Positions 9,095 through 18,459 of a stretch of DNA of 51,741 nt are shown here, piece after piece. Below the pieces are notes generated by a model that did not search any database, was not told where the DNA came from, and worked only from the letters and a program-made list of their open reading frames with translations. The stretch comes from an uncultured Candidatus Bathyarchaeia archaeon (GTDB taxonomy: Archaea > Thermoproteota > Bathyarchaeia > Bathyarchaeales > SOJC01). Both the position numbers and the translations under genes were made by a program. Every line of letters starts with the position of its first letter. Position 1 is the first letter of the stretch. The DNA lies in contig CAYNAW010000003.1 in the NCBI GenBank assembly GCA_964395545.1, forward strand, positions 1 through 51,741, read 5' to 3'.

Positions 9095-10057
9095 GTGCGC
9101 AAAATCGGTGTGGTAACGGCTGGCGGCGATGCCCCTGGAATGAATTCTGCAATCCGCTCGATAGTGCGAACCGCAATATTCAACAAGATGGAAGTTGTGG
9201 GCGTCGAAAGAGGTTACGCGGGGCTTGTTGAAAGAAGGGTTCGCCCTTTGGATATCCGCTCCGTCAGTGGAATAATCAATCTTGGCGGAACAATACTCAG
9301 AACCACGCGATGTGAGGAAATGAAAACTGAAGGAGGGATTCAAAGAGCCAGTAGTACCTTGAGGACTCACAAAATCGATGGGCTAATCGTAATTGGAGGT
9401 GACGGCTCCTTCAGAGGAGCGAGCGAACTACACGATGCCAGCCAGATACCCGTTATAGGAGTACCTGCAACAATAGACAACGACGTCGCAGGCACAGACG
9501 TCACCATAGGCTTTGACACAGCCGTCAACACTGCCCTATTCACAATTGACCGAATTCGTGACACTGCTACTTCTCATGAGCGAGTGTTCGTGGTTGAGGT
9601 GATGGGACGAAAAAGAGGTTTTCTAGCTCTTGCTGTAGGATTCGCTGAAGGTGCCGAGTTCATACTTGTTCCAGAAATCAAATTCAACCTAGAATCCATC
9701 TGCAACAAACTCATGCAAGGACGAAAGAAAGGAAAAACCTCAGAAATAATAGTCATGGCAGAGGGCGCTGGGAATTCCTCTCTAATCGCCGAAGAAATAG
9801 GAAGGAAGACTGGATACGATGTTCGCTTGACAATACTTGGCCATGCTTTGAGAGGAGGACCGCCTACAGCTCAAAGCAGAATCCTCGCCGGCCAATTTGG
9901 AGCACACGCTGTAGACCTCCTTCTGAACGGCGCGAAGAAAAGTATGGTTGGAATAAGAGGGCAACGAATCGTATCAGTGGATTTGGATATTTCCTGGAAG
10001 AGCAAAAAGGATTTGAACAAGCGTTCCTACCGTCTAGCTGAAATCTTATCATCATAA
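9095..10057 (+). CDS. pfkA: 6-phosphofructokinase, PfkA family
   Basis: RKIGVVTAGGDAPGMNSAIR, GGDGSFRGA, PATIDNDV and MGRKRG motifs. GTG 9095 is preferred over GTG 9083 because homologs begin at ..IGVLTSGGDAPGMN and GGGGATC lies upstream. Confidence 0.9.
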   Translation: MRKIGVVTAGGDAPGMNSAIRSIVRTAIFNKMEVVGVERGYAGLVERRVRPLDIRSVSGIINLGGTILRTTRCEEMKTEGGIQRASSTLRTHKIDGLIVIGGDGSFRGASELHDASQIPVIGVPATIDNDVAGTDVTIGFDTAVNTALFTIDRIRDTATSHERVFVVEVMGRKRGFLALAVGFAEGAEFILVPEIKFNLESICNKLMQGRKKGKTSEIIVMAEGAGNSSLIAEEIGRKTGYDVRLTILGHALRGGPPTAQSRILAGQFGAHAVDLLLNGAKKSMVGIRGQRIVSVDLDISWKSKKDLNKRSYRLAEILSS

Positions 10058-10207
10058 TGGGGGATTGAATTCGTAGACCCTACGAGCGAGAATGAAAACT
10101 GGAGAGTAGAGAGTTGCTGACTTTGAATCCCCTCAATTTGGGAGAGTCTAAGATCACAGAATTATCAACCACTGCAAACGTTGAAGTTGAAGAAAGGAGG
10201 AGAAAAC

Positions 10208-11320
10208 ATGTATGAACTTCTCATAGAATTGTTGGTGGGCGTTCTAAGAGGCATAGTCTATGGCGGAGCCGCAGCTTTTCCCATAATCTTCCTATCATTA
10301 ATATTTAGATATTTCACGAATGAGAAGCTGCCCTCATTCATAGGTATAATCTTAGGCCTGGGAATTCTAGGTATCTCAGGTGGTCTTATCGCGGTGCTAG
10401 AGCAGACTACAGTTGAAGGTGTCACTCAGGTCGTCATTGCTAGCATTGTGATTGTTTGGAGCGTTGGCGTTGGAGACAAGATGGCTGAAAGGATCCCAAA
10501 GGGAGGAGAACCCCTGTTCCACGCGCTGAAAGGTAGAAAATCAAAATACATTACGATAAAACTGCCTAATAGGCGCTTGATATACGATATATCAGGAAAG
10601 CCACGAGTTATTGACGAACTCAAAGATGAGTTGTCCGAGAGAGAATTCGTCTTACCCCTTGACTTTTCAATAGAAGAGATGGTCAGTAGGATTAGAAGAA
10701 GACTGATCTCAGACTGGGGCGTTGGCGATGTCGAACTCGAATTGGATAGAATGGGCAAAGTGGTCTATCTTGCAGTATCAGCTAAGGAATTTGGTCTCAG
10801 TGAAACAACGCCAAAAGGAAGGATAGCGGTACCCGTAAAATGCGATATGATTCCTTCTGGCTTATCCTCTAATGACATCGTAAGAATTTACTTGAAAGAC
10901 AAGGTAGTCATTGACCAGGTTGAGGTCAAAGGTGTAAGCAAAGAAGACAAGATAGTCACCGTTGTCGTGGATCCAGACTCTTTTGAGAAAATCATGGAAA
11001 AAGAGGCACAATTGATCGTAGCTCTGCCATTCGCGAAACGGAAGTCTGTTCCGATTACCGTGAAGAAACGTTCAGGTACACTTGAAGAGTTCAACATTGA
11101 AAAAATATTCTCTTCAATTGTAGATGCGGGGGCTCATGAGGAATTGGCAAAAGAGATCGCTGAAAAGATTGAAGCGAGATTCTCCAAACTAACTACCCCC
11201 ATCGAAACGGAAGAATTGAAGGAAATTGTCGTTGAGGAATTGGAGAAAGCAGACCTGCAGATTTCTAAGAAATTCAAGAATTACAAGAAATCAGCGAGGC
11301 CACAATCGAGGTCACAGTGA
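10208..11320 (+). CDS. membrane-anchored protein with C-terminal ATP-cone domain
   Basis: About 3 N-terminal TM helices and a central soluble region. The C-terminus ITVKKRSGTLEEFNIEKIFSSIVDAGAHEELAKEIAEKIE...TEELKEIVVEELE...KFKNYKK matches the ATP-cone consensus. ATG 10208 is preceded by AGGAGG; the track start at 10181 is TTG. Confidence 0.8.
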   Translation: MYELLIELLVGVLRGIVYGGAAAFPIIFLSLIFRYFTNEKLPSFIGIILGLGILGISGGLIAVLEQTTVEGVTQVVIASIVIVWSVGVGDKMAERIPKGGEPLFHALKGRKSKYITIKLPNRRLIYDISGKPRVIDELKDELSEREFVLPLDFSIEEMVSRIRRRLISDWGVGDVELELDRMGKVVYLAVSAKEFGLSETTPKGRIAVPVKCDMIPSGLSSNDIVRIYLKDKVVIDQVEVKGVSKEDKIVTVVVDPDSFEKIMEKEAQLIVALPFAKRKSVPITVKKRSGTLEEFNIEKIFSSIVDAGAHEELAKEIAEKIEARFSKLTTPIETEELKEIVVEELEKADLQISKKFKNYKKSARPQSRSQ

Positions 11321-11470
11321 ATTTGGAAGGAATTTGGTGAAACTCGCGATACGCGGGCGAGCTGTTCGTTATACCGCGACCAAAGTCAAAAGCTAAATGC
11401 TGAAGACAGGAAAGCTACAATGGGACTCCGGATTTATTAGTTCGCTCGGAAGGAGAGGAGGAAAAGCAGG

Positions 11471-13147
11471 ATGGAAGATCTACAAGAAACGATCAAAGAG
11501 GAGAAAATCTCCTATTTTTCAATGGAAATAGGACTATCTAATGAAATCCATACATACTCTGGAGGCTTGGGAGTTCTCGCTGGCGATACGATAAGGGCAA
11601 GCGCAGATCTGAAACTACCACTTGTGGCTGTCACATTGGTGAGCAAAAAGGGATACTTTAGGCAAGAATTAACACATGATGGACGGCAGATTGAATATCC
11701 TCAAGAGTGGAACCCATTTCAATTTATGAAACTGCTGCCCGTGGAGACGAGTGTACAGATTCAAGATAGAAACGTGAGGATCAAAACCTGGCTTTACAGA
11801 GTGCAAAGCATAACAGGAGGAATGGTTCCAGTCCTTTTTCTCGATACGGATGTGGAAGGAAACATTCCTGAAGATAGAGAGATCACTTTCTTTCTTTACG
11901 GAGGGGATGAGAAATACAGGCTAAGACAGGAGATTGTTTTGGGAATCGGCGGCGTAAGAATGCTTGATGCTTTGGGCTTCAAAATCAGAAGATATCACAT
12001 GAACGAAGGTCACTCTAGCCTTCTTGCCTTAGAGCTATTGAACAGGTTTGGGATGAACCTTGAAAGGGTTCGCGAGTCGTGTATTTTTACAACTCACACT
12101 CCAGTGGAAGCAGGACATGACAGGTTTTCATATGATACTGTTAGAGAGATTCTGGGACAAAACACTGATTTGGAAGTCTTGAAAAGATTCAGTGGTTATG
12201 ACGAACTAAACATGACGCGCCTAGCCCTAAATCTGAGCAACTACATCAATGGAGTAGCCAAAAAGCATCGTGAGGTTTCCAGGCAGATGTTTCCGGGTTA
12301 TGAGATTCACGCAATAACAAACGGCATTCACTCTTACACATGGACGTGCAGGGGTTTTAAGAAACTATATGACAAATATCTGCCCGGCTGGGCAAACGAT
12401 CCAGATCTGCTTGTAAGAGTGGACAGTATTCCTGACGAAGACATTTGGGAAGCCCATGAAGAAGCAAAAAAGGTTCTGATTGATCACGTTAACAACGCAA
12501 CCAACGTGGGTATGGATTACAATACGTTAACCTTAGGATTCGCAAGAAGGGCGACAGAATACAAAAGGGCTAACCTTCTGTTCTCAGATATAGAAAAACT
12601 GAGAAAAGCAAATAGACAGGGTAAGATGCAGCTAATTTTTGCTGGAAAAGCTCACCCCCGAGACGATTCGGGGAAAAGGCTAATCAAAGAAACTTTTGAC
12701 TACATCGAAAGGCTGAAGAATGAAATCAAGATCGTCTATTTAGAGAATTACGACATGGAACTCGCGGCAACATTAATCTCTGGAGTTGATGTTTGGCTTA
12801 ACACGCCTTTACAACCCATGGAGGCTTCTGGCACAAGCGGAATGAAGGCAGCTCACAACGGCGTGATAAACTTCAGCGTATTAGACGGTTGGTGGATTGA
12901 AGGCTGGATTGAGGGAGTCACCGGCTGGGCTATCGGATTTCACCCAGACGACCATAGGTCACTGGAGGAAAGCCAACTTAGAGAGCTTGATGACCTGTAC
13001 AGCAAGTTGGAAAACGTGGTCATTCCTATGTTCTACCAGAAAAGAGCTGATTGGATAAAAATGATGAGAAATTCGATAGGAAAGATCGCTTACTACTTTA
13101 ACAGTCACAGGATGATGCGCAGATACGTAACCGAAGCTTACTTGTGA
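11471..13147 (+). CDS. glgP: alpha-glucan (glycogen/maltodextrin) phosphorylase, GT35
   Basis: YFSMEIGL...YSGGLGVLAGD N-terminus and EASGTSGMKAAHNG pyridoxal-phosphate lysine motif. Strong SD GGAGAGGAGG. Confidence 0.9.
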   Translation: MEDLQETIKEEKISYFSMEIGLSNEIHTYSGGLGVLAGDTIRASADLKLPLVAVTLVSKKGYFRQELTHDGRQIEYPQEWNPFQFMKLLPVETSVQIQDRNVRIKTWLYRVQSITGGMVPVLFLDTDVEGNIPEDREITFFLYGGDEKYRLRQEIVLGIGGVRMLDALGFKIRRYHMNEGHSSLLALELLNRFGMNLERVRESCIFTTHTPVEAGHDRFSYDTVREILGQNTDLEVLKRFSGYDELNMTRLALNLSNYINGVAKKHREVSRQMFPGYEIHAITNGIHSYTWTCRGFKKLYDKYLPGWANDPDLLVRVDSIPDEDIWEAHEEAKKVLIDHVNNATNVGMDYNTLTLGFARRATEYKRANLLFSDIEKLRKANRQGKMQLIFAGKAHPRDDSGKRLIKETFDYIERLKNEIKIVYLENYDMELAATLISGVDVWLNTPLQPMEASGTSGMKAAHNGVINFSVLDGWWIEGWIEGVTGWAIGFHPDDHRSLEESQLRELDDLYSKLENVVIPMFYQKRADWIKMMRNSIGKIAYYFNSHRMMRRYVTEAYL

Positions 13148-13264
13148 CTTGTTATAATAGCAGAAATGGCCCGAATTGATGCCCCGCGATAGACGTATTC
13201 TTGGATTGTCTCCCGATTGCTTTGCACAGTTGTTTTTTATAACTGAAGTGCATAAACATCGTCT

Positions 13265-13684
13265 ATGGACCTTTCAACTCTTATTGAATCAGTTTTATGT
13301 CTTATTCTAGCAATTGTTCTAGGGGCCATTGTTGGGATCGAGAGAGAAATAACCCATAAACCCGCGGGACTAAGGACGCACATGCTTGTGTCCCTGGGAT
13401 CCTGCCTGTTCACAATCGTTTCGCTATACGAGTTTGGCGTGGACCCCGCTAGAATAGCTGCAGGAATAGTCACAGGAATCGGTTTCATAGGTGCCGGAAC
13501 AATAATCGCTGAACAAGACAAAGTCGTTGGGATCACAACTGCTTCGAGCTTATGGGTGACCGCAGCGATCGGCTTGACAGCAGGAGTTGGGAACCACCCA
13601 TTAGCTATTGTGGCGACTTTGCTGGTGTTTCTGGTGTTATCCTCAAGAATGATTCTGAGAGAGATACGCATGCAACAGAATTGA
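13265..13684 (+). CDS. mgtC: MgtC/SapB family membrane protein
   Basis: GIEREITHKPAGLRTHMLVSLGSCLFT and GIGFIGAGTI motifs, about 4 TM segments. Confidence 0.85.
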   Translation: MDLSTLIESVLCLILAIVLGAIVGIEREITHKPAGLRTHMLVSLGSCLFTIVSLYEFGVDPARIAAGIVTGIGFIGAGTIIAEQDKVVGITTASSLWVTAAIGLTAGVGNHPLAIVATLLVFLVLSSRMILREIRMQQN

Positions 13685-13718
13685 GTAACAGAATGCGCGC
13701 CGCGCGCGGCTGCACATC

Positions 13719-14561
13719 CTATAAGGGTATTTTTCTGCCGTCGAAGTCTCTCTTGCAGCGTCCAAACTCGTCTTCAACTTCTCGGAGACGTTCACTTGTG
13801 AAGATGGGGCCGTCTATGCACACGCGGTATTTGCCGATTGTGCAGCTGCCGCATAGTCCTATGGCGCAACGCATGAGCCTTTCTAGACTCGCCTGCAAGG
13901 GGATTTTGTGTTTTTCGGCCAGCAAGTAGACTTTGAAAAGCATCGGTTCTTTTCCACAAGTGTAAATCATGTCAAACTTGTCTCTTCTTAAGATGCTCTC
14001 CGCCAGCTCTGTTACAACTCCTTTATGTCCGTAGCTTCCATCTTCTGTGGACGCTGCTAACTCGGTTCCTTCCTTCGAAAGCAGGTTCTTGAGCCTTGCT
14101 AGGAAAAGCAGCTCTTCTTTAGACTTAGCACCTAGTACGAATGTGACTTTCGCTCCCAGTTTCAGCAGGTTCTCTGACAAGAAAGCGAGCGGGGCTATTC
14201 CGGTTCCGCCGCCTACTAAGAGAGCTTTGCCCCTTATTGGCTGGAAGTGGTTGCCGAATGGACCTCGAACACCGATGGTTTCGTCTTTTCGCTTTTTATG
14301 CAGAAGCTCGGTGGCGTCGCCCACTTTTGCCACTGTTATCGAAGCTAGATCTTTGGAGGCAGCAGAAAGGCTCATGGGAATCTCGTCGAAGCCTGGAAGC
14401 CAGACCATGACAAACTGTCCAGGCTTACCTCCTGCACAGAGCGGGTCGTCGAAGTAGAAGGTTTTGACGAGAGGGCTTTCCCTGACTATTTTCCTGATTC
14501 TTACTGTTCTCTGGAAGTTAGTTTCGATGGGAACTGCCGACAATTTCTTCAACACTTCCAA
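13719..14561 (-). CDS. pyrK: dihydroorotate dehydrogenase electron-transfer subunit
   Basis: FAD/NAD-binding ferredoxin-reductase fold (GQFVMVW, LLVGGGTGIAP) and C-terminal 2Fe-2S Cys cluster CAIGLCGSCTIG..VCIDGP. Lies downstream of and overlaps pyrD. Confidence 0.9.
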   Translation of the reverse strand: MEVLKKLSAVPIETNFQRTVRIRKIVRESPLVKTFYFDDPLCAGGKPGQFVMVWLPGFDEIPMSLSAASKDLASITVAKVGDATELLHKKRKDETIGVRGPFGNHFQPIRGKALLVGGGTGIAPLAFLSENLLKLGAKVTFVLGAKSKEELLFLARLKNLLSKEGTELAASTEDGSYGHKGVVTELAESILRRDKFDMIYTCGKEPMLFKVYLLAEKHKIPLQASLERLMRCAIGLCGSCTIGKYRVCIDGPIFTSERLREVEDEFGRCKRDFDGRKIPL

Positions 14562-15429
14562 TTCTTTTCTTCCTCAGAAAGGCGTCTATTCCCTCTGTCA
14601 CATGTTTGAACACTTCTAATCCTCTAAATGCAATTGCTGTCCCGATTTGGATTGCTGATGCACCTGCATGGATGAACTCGACCGCGTCTCGCCACGAGCT
14701 GATTCCGCCGCATCCTATGACTGGGACTTTCACGGTTTCATAGACATCGTAGACGCACCGAACCGCTATCGGCTTGATCGCCGGACCCGACAAGCCTCCG
14801 ACCTTGTTCCCAAGAATAGGCTTGGCAGTCTCCACATCTATCACCATAGCCTTCACGGTGTTTATGGTGGTCACGCCATCCGCGCCTCCTTTCTCTGCGG
14901 CTCTAGCCACCTCTGCAATGCTGGCGACGTTGGGCGTCAACTTGACAAAAACTGGTTTTTCCACCTTTCTCTTTACGGCCTTTACCACTTCCTCAACAAG
15001 CCTTAGGTCTTGCCCAATCTCGGCGCCAGTTTTCTCTGCATGGGGACATGAAACGTTTAGCTCCACTCCTCCTGCACCGATTTTCACGGCTTGTTCGGCC
15101 ACTGCAGCGAATTCCTGAGGTGTGTAGGCGTAGACGCTGGCTATTACGGGAACTCCTATTCCACTCGCTTCACGCATTTCCTGGGCAAAATGCTCGACGC
15201 CGGGGTTGGGAAGCCCCATCGCGTTAATCAGTCCACAGTCAACCTGCGCCACGGTGGGGTTGGAGTATCCACAGCGAGGCTGTAGACCCAATGATTTCGT
15301 GACAACCGCGCCTGCCCCTGCCTGTGCCACCCGCTTCAGCGTGAAACCCGACATGCCGAGTATTCCTGCCGCCAACATCGTGGGATTCTTCAGTTTCAGG
15401 CCTGCAAGATTTACCGTCAAATCCGCCAA
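14518..15429 (-). CDS. pyrD: dihydroorotate dehydrogenase (class 1B) catalytic subunit
   Basis: NPTMLAAG, NAMGLPNPG, ELNVSCPH and GGLSGPAIKPIA motifs. Confidence 0.95.
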   Translation of the reverse strand: MADLTVNLAGLKLKNPTMLAAGILGMSGFTLKRVAQAGAGAVVTKSLGLQPRCGYSNPTVAQVDCGLINAMGLPNPGVEHFAQEMREASGIGVPVIASVYAYTPQEFAAVAEQAVKIGAGGVELNVSCPHAEKTGAEIGQDLRLVEEVVKAVKRKVEKPVFVKLTPNVASIAEVARAAEKGGADGVTTINTVKAMVIDVETAKPILGNKVGGLSGPAIKPIAVRCVYDVYETVKVPVIGCGGISSWRDAVEFIHAGASAIQIGTAIAFRGLEVFKHVTEGIDAFLRKKRIGSVEEIVGSSHRN

Positions 15430-15520
15430 GGGAAACCCCTGCCTCAGTAAAGGTTATTCATCAGCAGAGATAAAGGTTAGGAAAGGTTTAGATTGTTAAC
15501 CTCTAGGACGAAGAAGAATC

Positions 15521-16753
15521 ATGAAGGTAACTGTAATAGCTTCCCTTCTGGGCGTCTTTGGGTTTGACGAGGACGGCAAGGTAATCGACAAAATCCTGTT
15601 TGACAGGCAACCCAAGCTCATTGCCGAAAAGCTTAGTCTGGTCGAGGCTGGAAGAACGATAGATGAGATAGCTGAACTAGTGGATAACCTGAGGAAAGAG
15701 GGCTACACGCCCTTTGCTTTTGAGAACGATGATATTGCGAGAGAAATCGAGAGGAAGCTGGAAGTAAAAGTTGAGGGTGTGCCTTCTTCTCGGCAGGGCG
15801 AAATTCTGCGTAAGAACATTGAGCAGTTTGCTTTAGAAGTGGGGTTCGTCTCGCAGTCAGAGAAGCTAAGAGAGTTAGTTCGCCAAGTTTCCATAGAGCT
15901 CACCAAGCTGCGAGTCAAGACAGCGGGGGAAAAGAAGGATTTGATGATCGCTCAAGCCATCTTGAGCATCGACGACTTGGATAAGACTGCAAACCTTTTC
16001 ATGGGAAGGATACGCGAGTGGTATGGTCTGCATTTTCCAGAACTGGACCGCCTCGTGGAGAAACATGAGACATACGCCAAACTCGTATTAACCTTGGGAA
16101 GACGGGGAAATTTCACTTTGGATAGCTTGGGGAAAGAAGACCTGCCGGTAAACAGGGCTGAGCTGATCAAGGAGATGGCTGAGAAATCTATGGGCGCAGA
16201 GTTGGCGGATATGGACATCGAGCAAATACAGGCACTGTGCAAGCAGACCTTGGAGCTCTACCGCTTAAGACAAGTTCTGGAGGACTATGCAGATTCGACC
16301 GTGGCAGACGTTGCTCCAAACGTTCAAGCCCTCGCAGGTTCACTCTTAGCAGCTCGCCTGATAGCCCTTGCTGGAGGACTGAACAACCTCGCAAAGATGC
16401 CGGCGAGCACGATACAGGTCTTGGGTGCAGAAAAAGCCCTTTTCAGAGCTCTAAAAACAGGGGCAAGACCTCCAAAACATGGGATCATATTCCAAGACAC
16501 CTTGATCCACGAAGCAAAGAAGTGGCAGAGGGGAAAGATGTCTAGAGCTTTGGCAGGTAAACTGGCTATAGCCGCTAGAACTGACGCCTTCAGCGGTAGG
16601 TACATAGGCGACTCTTTGAAAGCTGACTTAAAGAAACGAATCGACGAGATCAAGGAAAAATACAAAAAACCGCCACCCCCGAAGGAAGTGAAGCAGAAGA
16701 AGTTCAAGCCTGCTGCTAAAAAATGGAGAAAGAAACGTGGCCATCGAAGTTAA
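15521..16753 (+). CDS. nop5: C/D box sRNP core protein Nop5 (Nop56/58)
   Basis: NOP domain (AGSLLAARLIALAGGLNNLAKMPASTIQVLGAEKALFRAL) and KKxK-rich C-terminal tail. Immediately upstream of fibrillarin. Confidence 0.95.
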   Translation: MKVTVIASLLGVFGFDEDGKVIDKILFDRQPKLIAEKLSLVEAGRTIDEIAELVDNLRKEGYTPFAFENDDIAREIERKLEVKVEGVPSSRQGEILRKNIEQFALEVGFVSQSEKLRELVRQVSIELTKLRVKTAGEKKDLMIAQAILSIDDLDKTANLFMGRIREWYGLHFPELDRLVEKHETYAKLVLTLGRRGNFTLDSLGKEDLPVNRAELIKEMAEKSMGAELADMDIEQIQALCKQTLELYRLRQVLEDYADSTVADVAPNVQALAGSLLAARLIALAGGLNNLAKMPASTIQVLGAEKALFRALKTGARPPKHGIIFQDTLIHEAKKWQRGKMSRALAGKLAIAARTDAFSGRYIGDSLKADLKKRIDEIKEKYKKPPPPKEVKQKKFKPAAKKWRKKRGHRS

Positions 16754-17426
16754 GCCTCACCCAGATTTCCAAGGCGTATACTGGGTAACGCTGGAAGATG
16801 GCGCACAAAGACTGGCTACTGAAAACCTAGCTCCCGGGAGGAGCGTCTATGGTGAACGCCTAATCCGTTCTAGAGGGGTTGAATACAGACTTTGGGATCC
16901 TTTCCGCAGCAAACTCGCTGCAGCTATACTTAAAGGAGTGACCGTTCCGATTCGGCCAAGTCACAAAGTCCTGTACTTGGGTGCGGCGTCAGGAACGACG
17001 GTGAGCCACGTTTCGGACATTGTTGGAAAGCACGGTCGTGTGTACTGCGTGGAGTTCGCGGCACGTTCGATGCGTGAGTTGGTCAACAACGTGTGTGCCT
17101 TCCGTTCCAACATGACACCGATACTTGAGGACGCGAGGATGCCTGAGCGGTATTCAATGTTTATGGAGACGGTTGATGTCATCTACTGTGATATAGCGCA
17201 GCCTGAGCAAGCTAAGGTGTTGGCTGATAATGCTGAGTTGTTTCTGAGGAAAGATGGGTGGATCATGCTTGCAGTGAAGTCGCAGAGCATCGACGTCACT
17301 AAAGACCCTATACAAGTGTATAGACAAGAGGTCAGAGTTTTGGAGCGTCGTGGTTTTGCAGTCCAAACGGTCGTGCAGCTTGAACCCTACGAAAAAGCGC
17401 ACGCGATGATCGTGTCCAAAACCTAA
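16737..17426 (+). CDS. flpA: fibrillarin-like rRNA/tRNA 2'-O-methyltransferase
   Basis: YRLWDPFRSKLAAAIL, VLYLGAASGTTVSHVSDIV and DIAQPEQA motifs. 17-nt overlap with nop5. Confidence 0.95.
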   Translation: MAIEVKPHPDFQGVYWVTLEDGAQRLATENLAPGRSVYGERLIRSRGVEYRLWDPFRSKLAAAILKGVTVPIRPSHKVLYLGAASGTTVSHVSDIVGKHGRVYCVEFAARSMRELVNNVCAFRSNMTPILEDARMPERYSMFMETVDVIYCDIAQPEQAKVLADNAELFLRKDGWIMLAVKSQSIDVTKDPIQVYRQEVRVLERRGFAVQTVVQLEPYEKAHAMIVSKT

Positions 17427-17428
17427 CA

Positions 17429-17434
17429 TTTTTT
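17429..17434 (+). terminator. T6 run, archaeal terminator-like, 2 nt after the flpA stop
   Basis: taaca-TTTTTT-cc directly downstream of the flpA stop codon (17424-17426). Confidence 0.45.
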
Positions 17435-17505
17435 CCAACTGAATAATTCTTAGACCAATTTCAAGAACACGTTTATATCCAACTTTCACATAATGGTCTA
17501 TATCC

Positions 17506-18459
17506 ATGAGGGAGGAGATGGACAGAATAGAGATTCTGGACAACGCTGAATCCCTTTTCGAGAGTGCGGGTTTTCATCTTTCACAAAGATGTTGTGCACG
17601 ACCGAGCTGCTTCGACTTTGTAGCGCGAAAAGAGAAACAGATTGTCTTCGTAAAAATTCACCCCAACATCGGGAACGTGTACGAAAACGACGCGCGAGGA
17701 CTCGCGGCTCTAGCCAATTTCCTCTCTGGTTCGTCGATTATCATATGCGACAAAGCTCGGAGCAAGCCATTGGAAGACGACACTGTGTATTCAAGATACG
17801 GTGTTGGCGTGCTCACTCTAAAGACTCTGGAGGACACGTTGCTCAACGGCATGAGTCCGCTGATTGAGGCAGGTCCTGGCGGATACTACGTCGAACTGGA
17901 TGGTGAAGCGATTAGGAAGAAGAGGATGGACAAGGGGCTGTCTATCGGAAAGATGGCTGAAATCATGAGCGTATCGCGCAGGACGCTTTATGGATATGAA
18001 CGAGGAATGGCTAAGGCTTCTGTGTCAGTAGCTTACAAGATTGAATGGGTTCTAGGCAAGCCTGTCGTGAAACCCATCGACATCTTCCAGTACCCTGAAG
18101 AAGTTGAGGGCTTCTTCGCCGCGGCAAAGCGGATAATCAGCGAAAGCCGCTTCCTTCAGTGCGTCATTCGAAAATTGCTCCAGTTCAACTTTGCCGTCTT
18201 CCAACCAAGAAGGGCGCCCTTCGATTTTGTTGCAAAGAACCCGAAAGGCGGGGTCAGTTTGTTAGGGGCCATCGTCAATGAGAGAGATCAGAATTTCGAA
18301 GTGAGAAGCGAAGAGCTCATCAGCGTCGGAAAAGTGGTTGATGCTCAGCCCGTTGTGGTGGCGGAAAGCGGGGAATTCTCTGTCGATAACGTGCCCTTCC
18401 TAAGTCTCAAAGATCTTGAGAAGATAAAATGCCCCGAAGATTTGATGGCTAAGTTGTAG
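17506..18459 (+). CDS. archaeal HTH (XRE-type) transcriptional regulator, COG1395-like
   Basis: Central helix-turn-helix LSIGKMAEIMSVSRRTLYGYERG. About 317 aa, typical of the conserved archaeal family. The TTTATATCC TATA element ~30 nt upstream suggests a leaderless mRNA. Confidence 0.7.
   Translation: MREEMDRIEILDNAESLFESAGFHLSQRCCARPSCFDFVARKEKQIVFVKIHPNIGNVYENDARGLAALANFLSGSSIIICDKARSKPLEDDTVYSRYGVGVLTLKTLEDTLLNGMSPLIEAGPGGYYVELDGEAIRKKRMDKGLSIGKMAEIMSVSRRTLYGYERGMAKASVSVAYKIEWVLGKPVVKPIDIFQYPEEVEGFFAAAKRIISESRFLQCVIRKLLQFNFAVFQPRRAPFDFVAKNPKGGVSLLGAIVNERDQNFEVRSEELISVGKVVDAQPVVVAESGEFSVDNVPFLSLKDLEKIKCPEDLMAKL

Noticed and set aside
13694-13709. GC-only hairpin (GCGCG-CCG-CGCGC) between convergent mgtC and pyrK as a bidirectional terminator.
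   Set aside because: The stem is only 5 bp with a 3-nt loop and has no flanking T-run on either strand. That is too weak to call.
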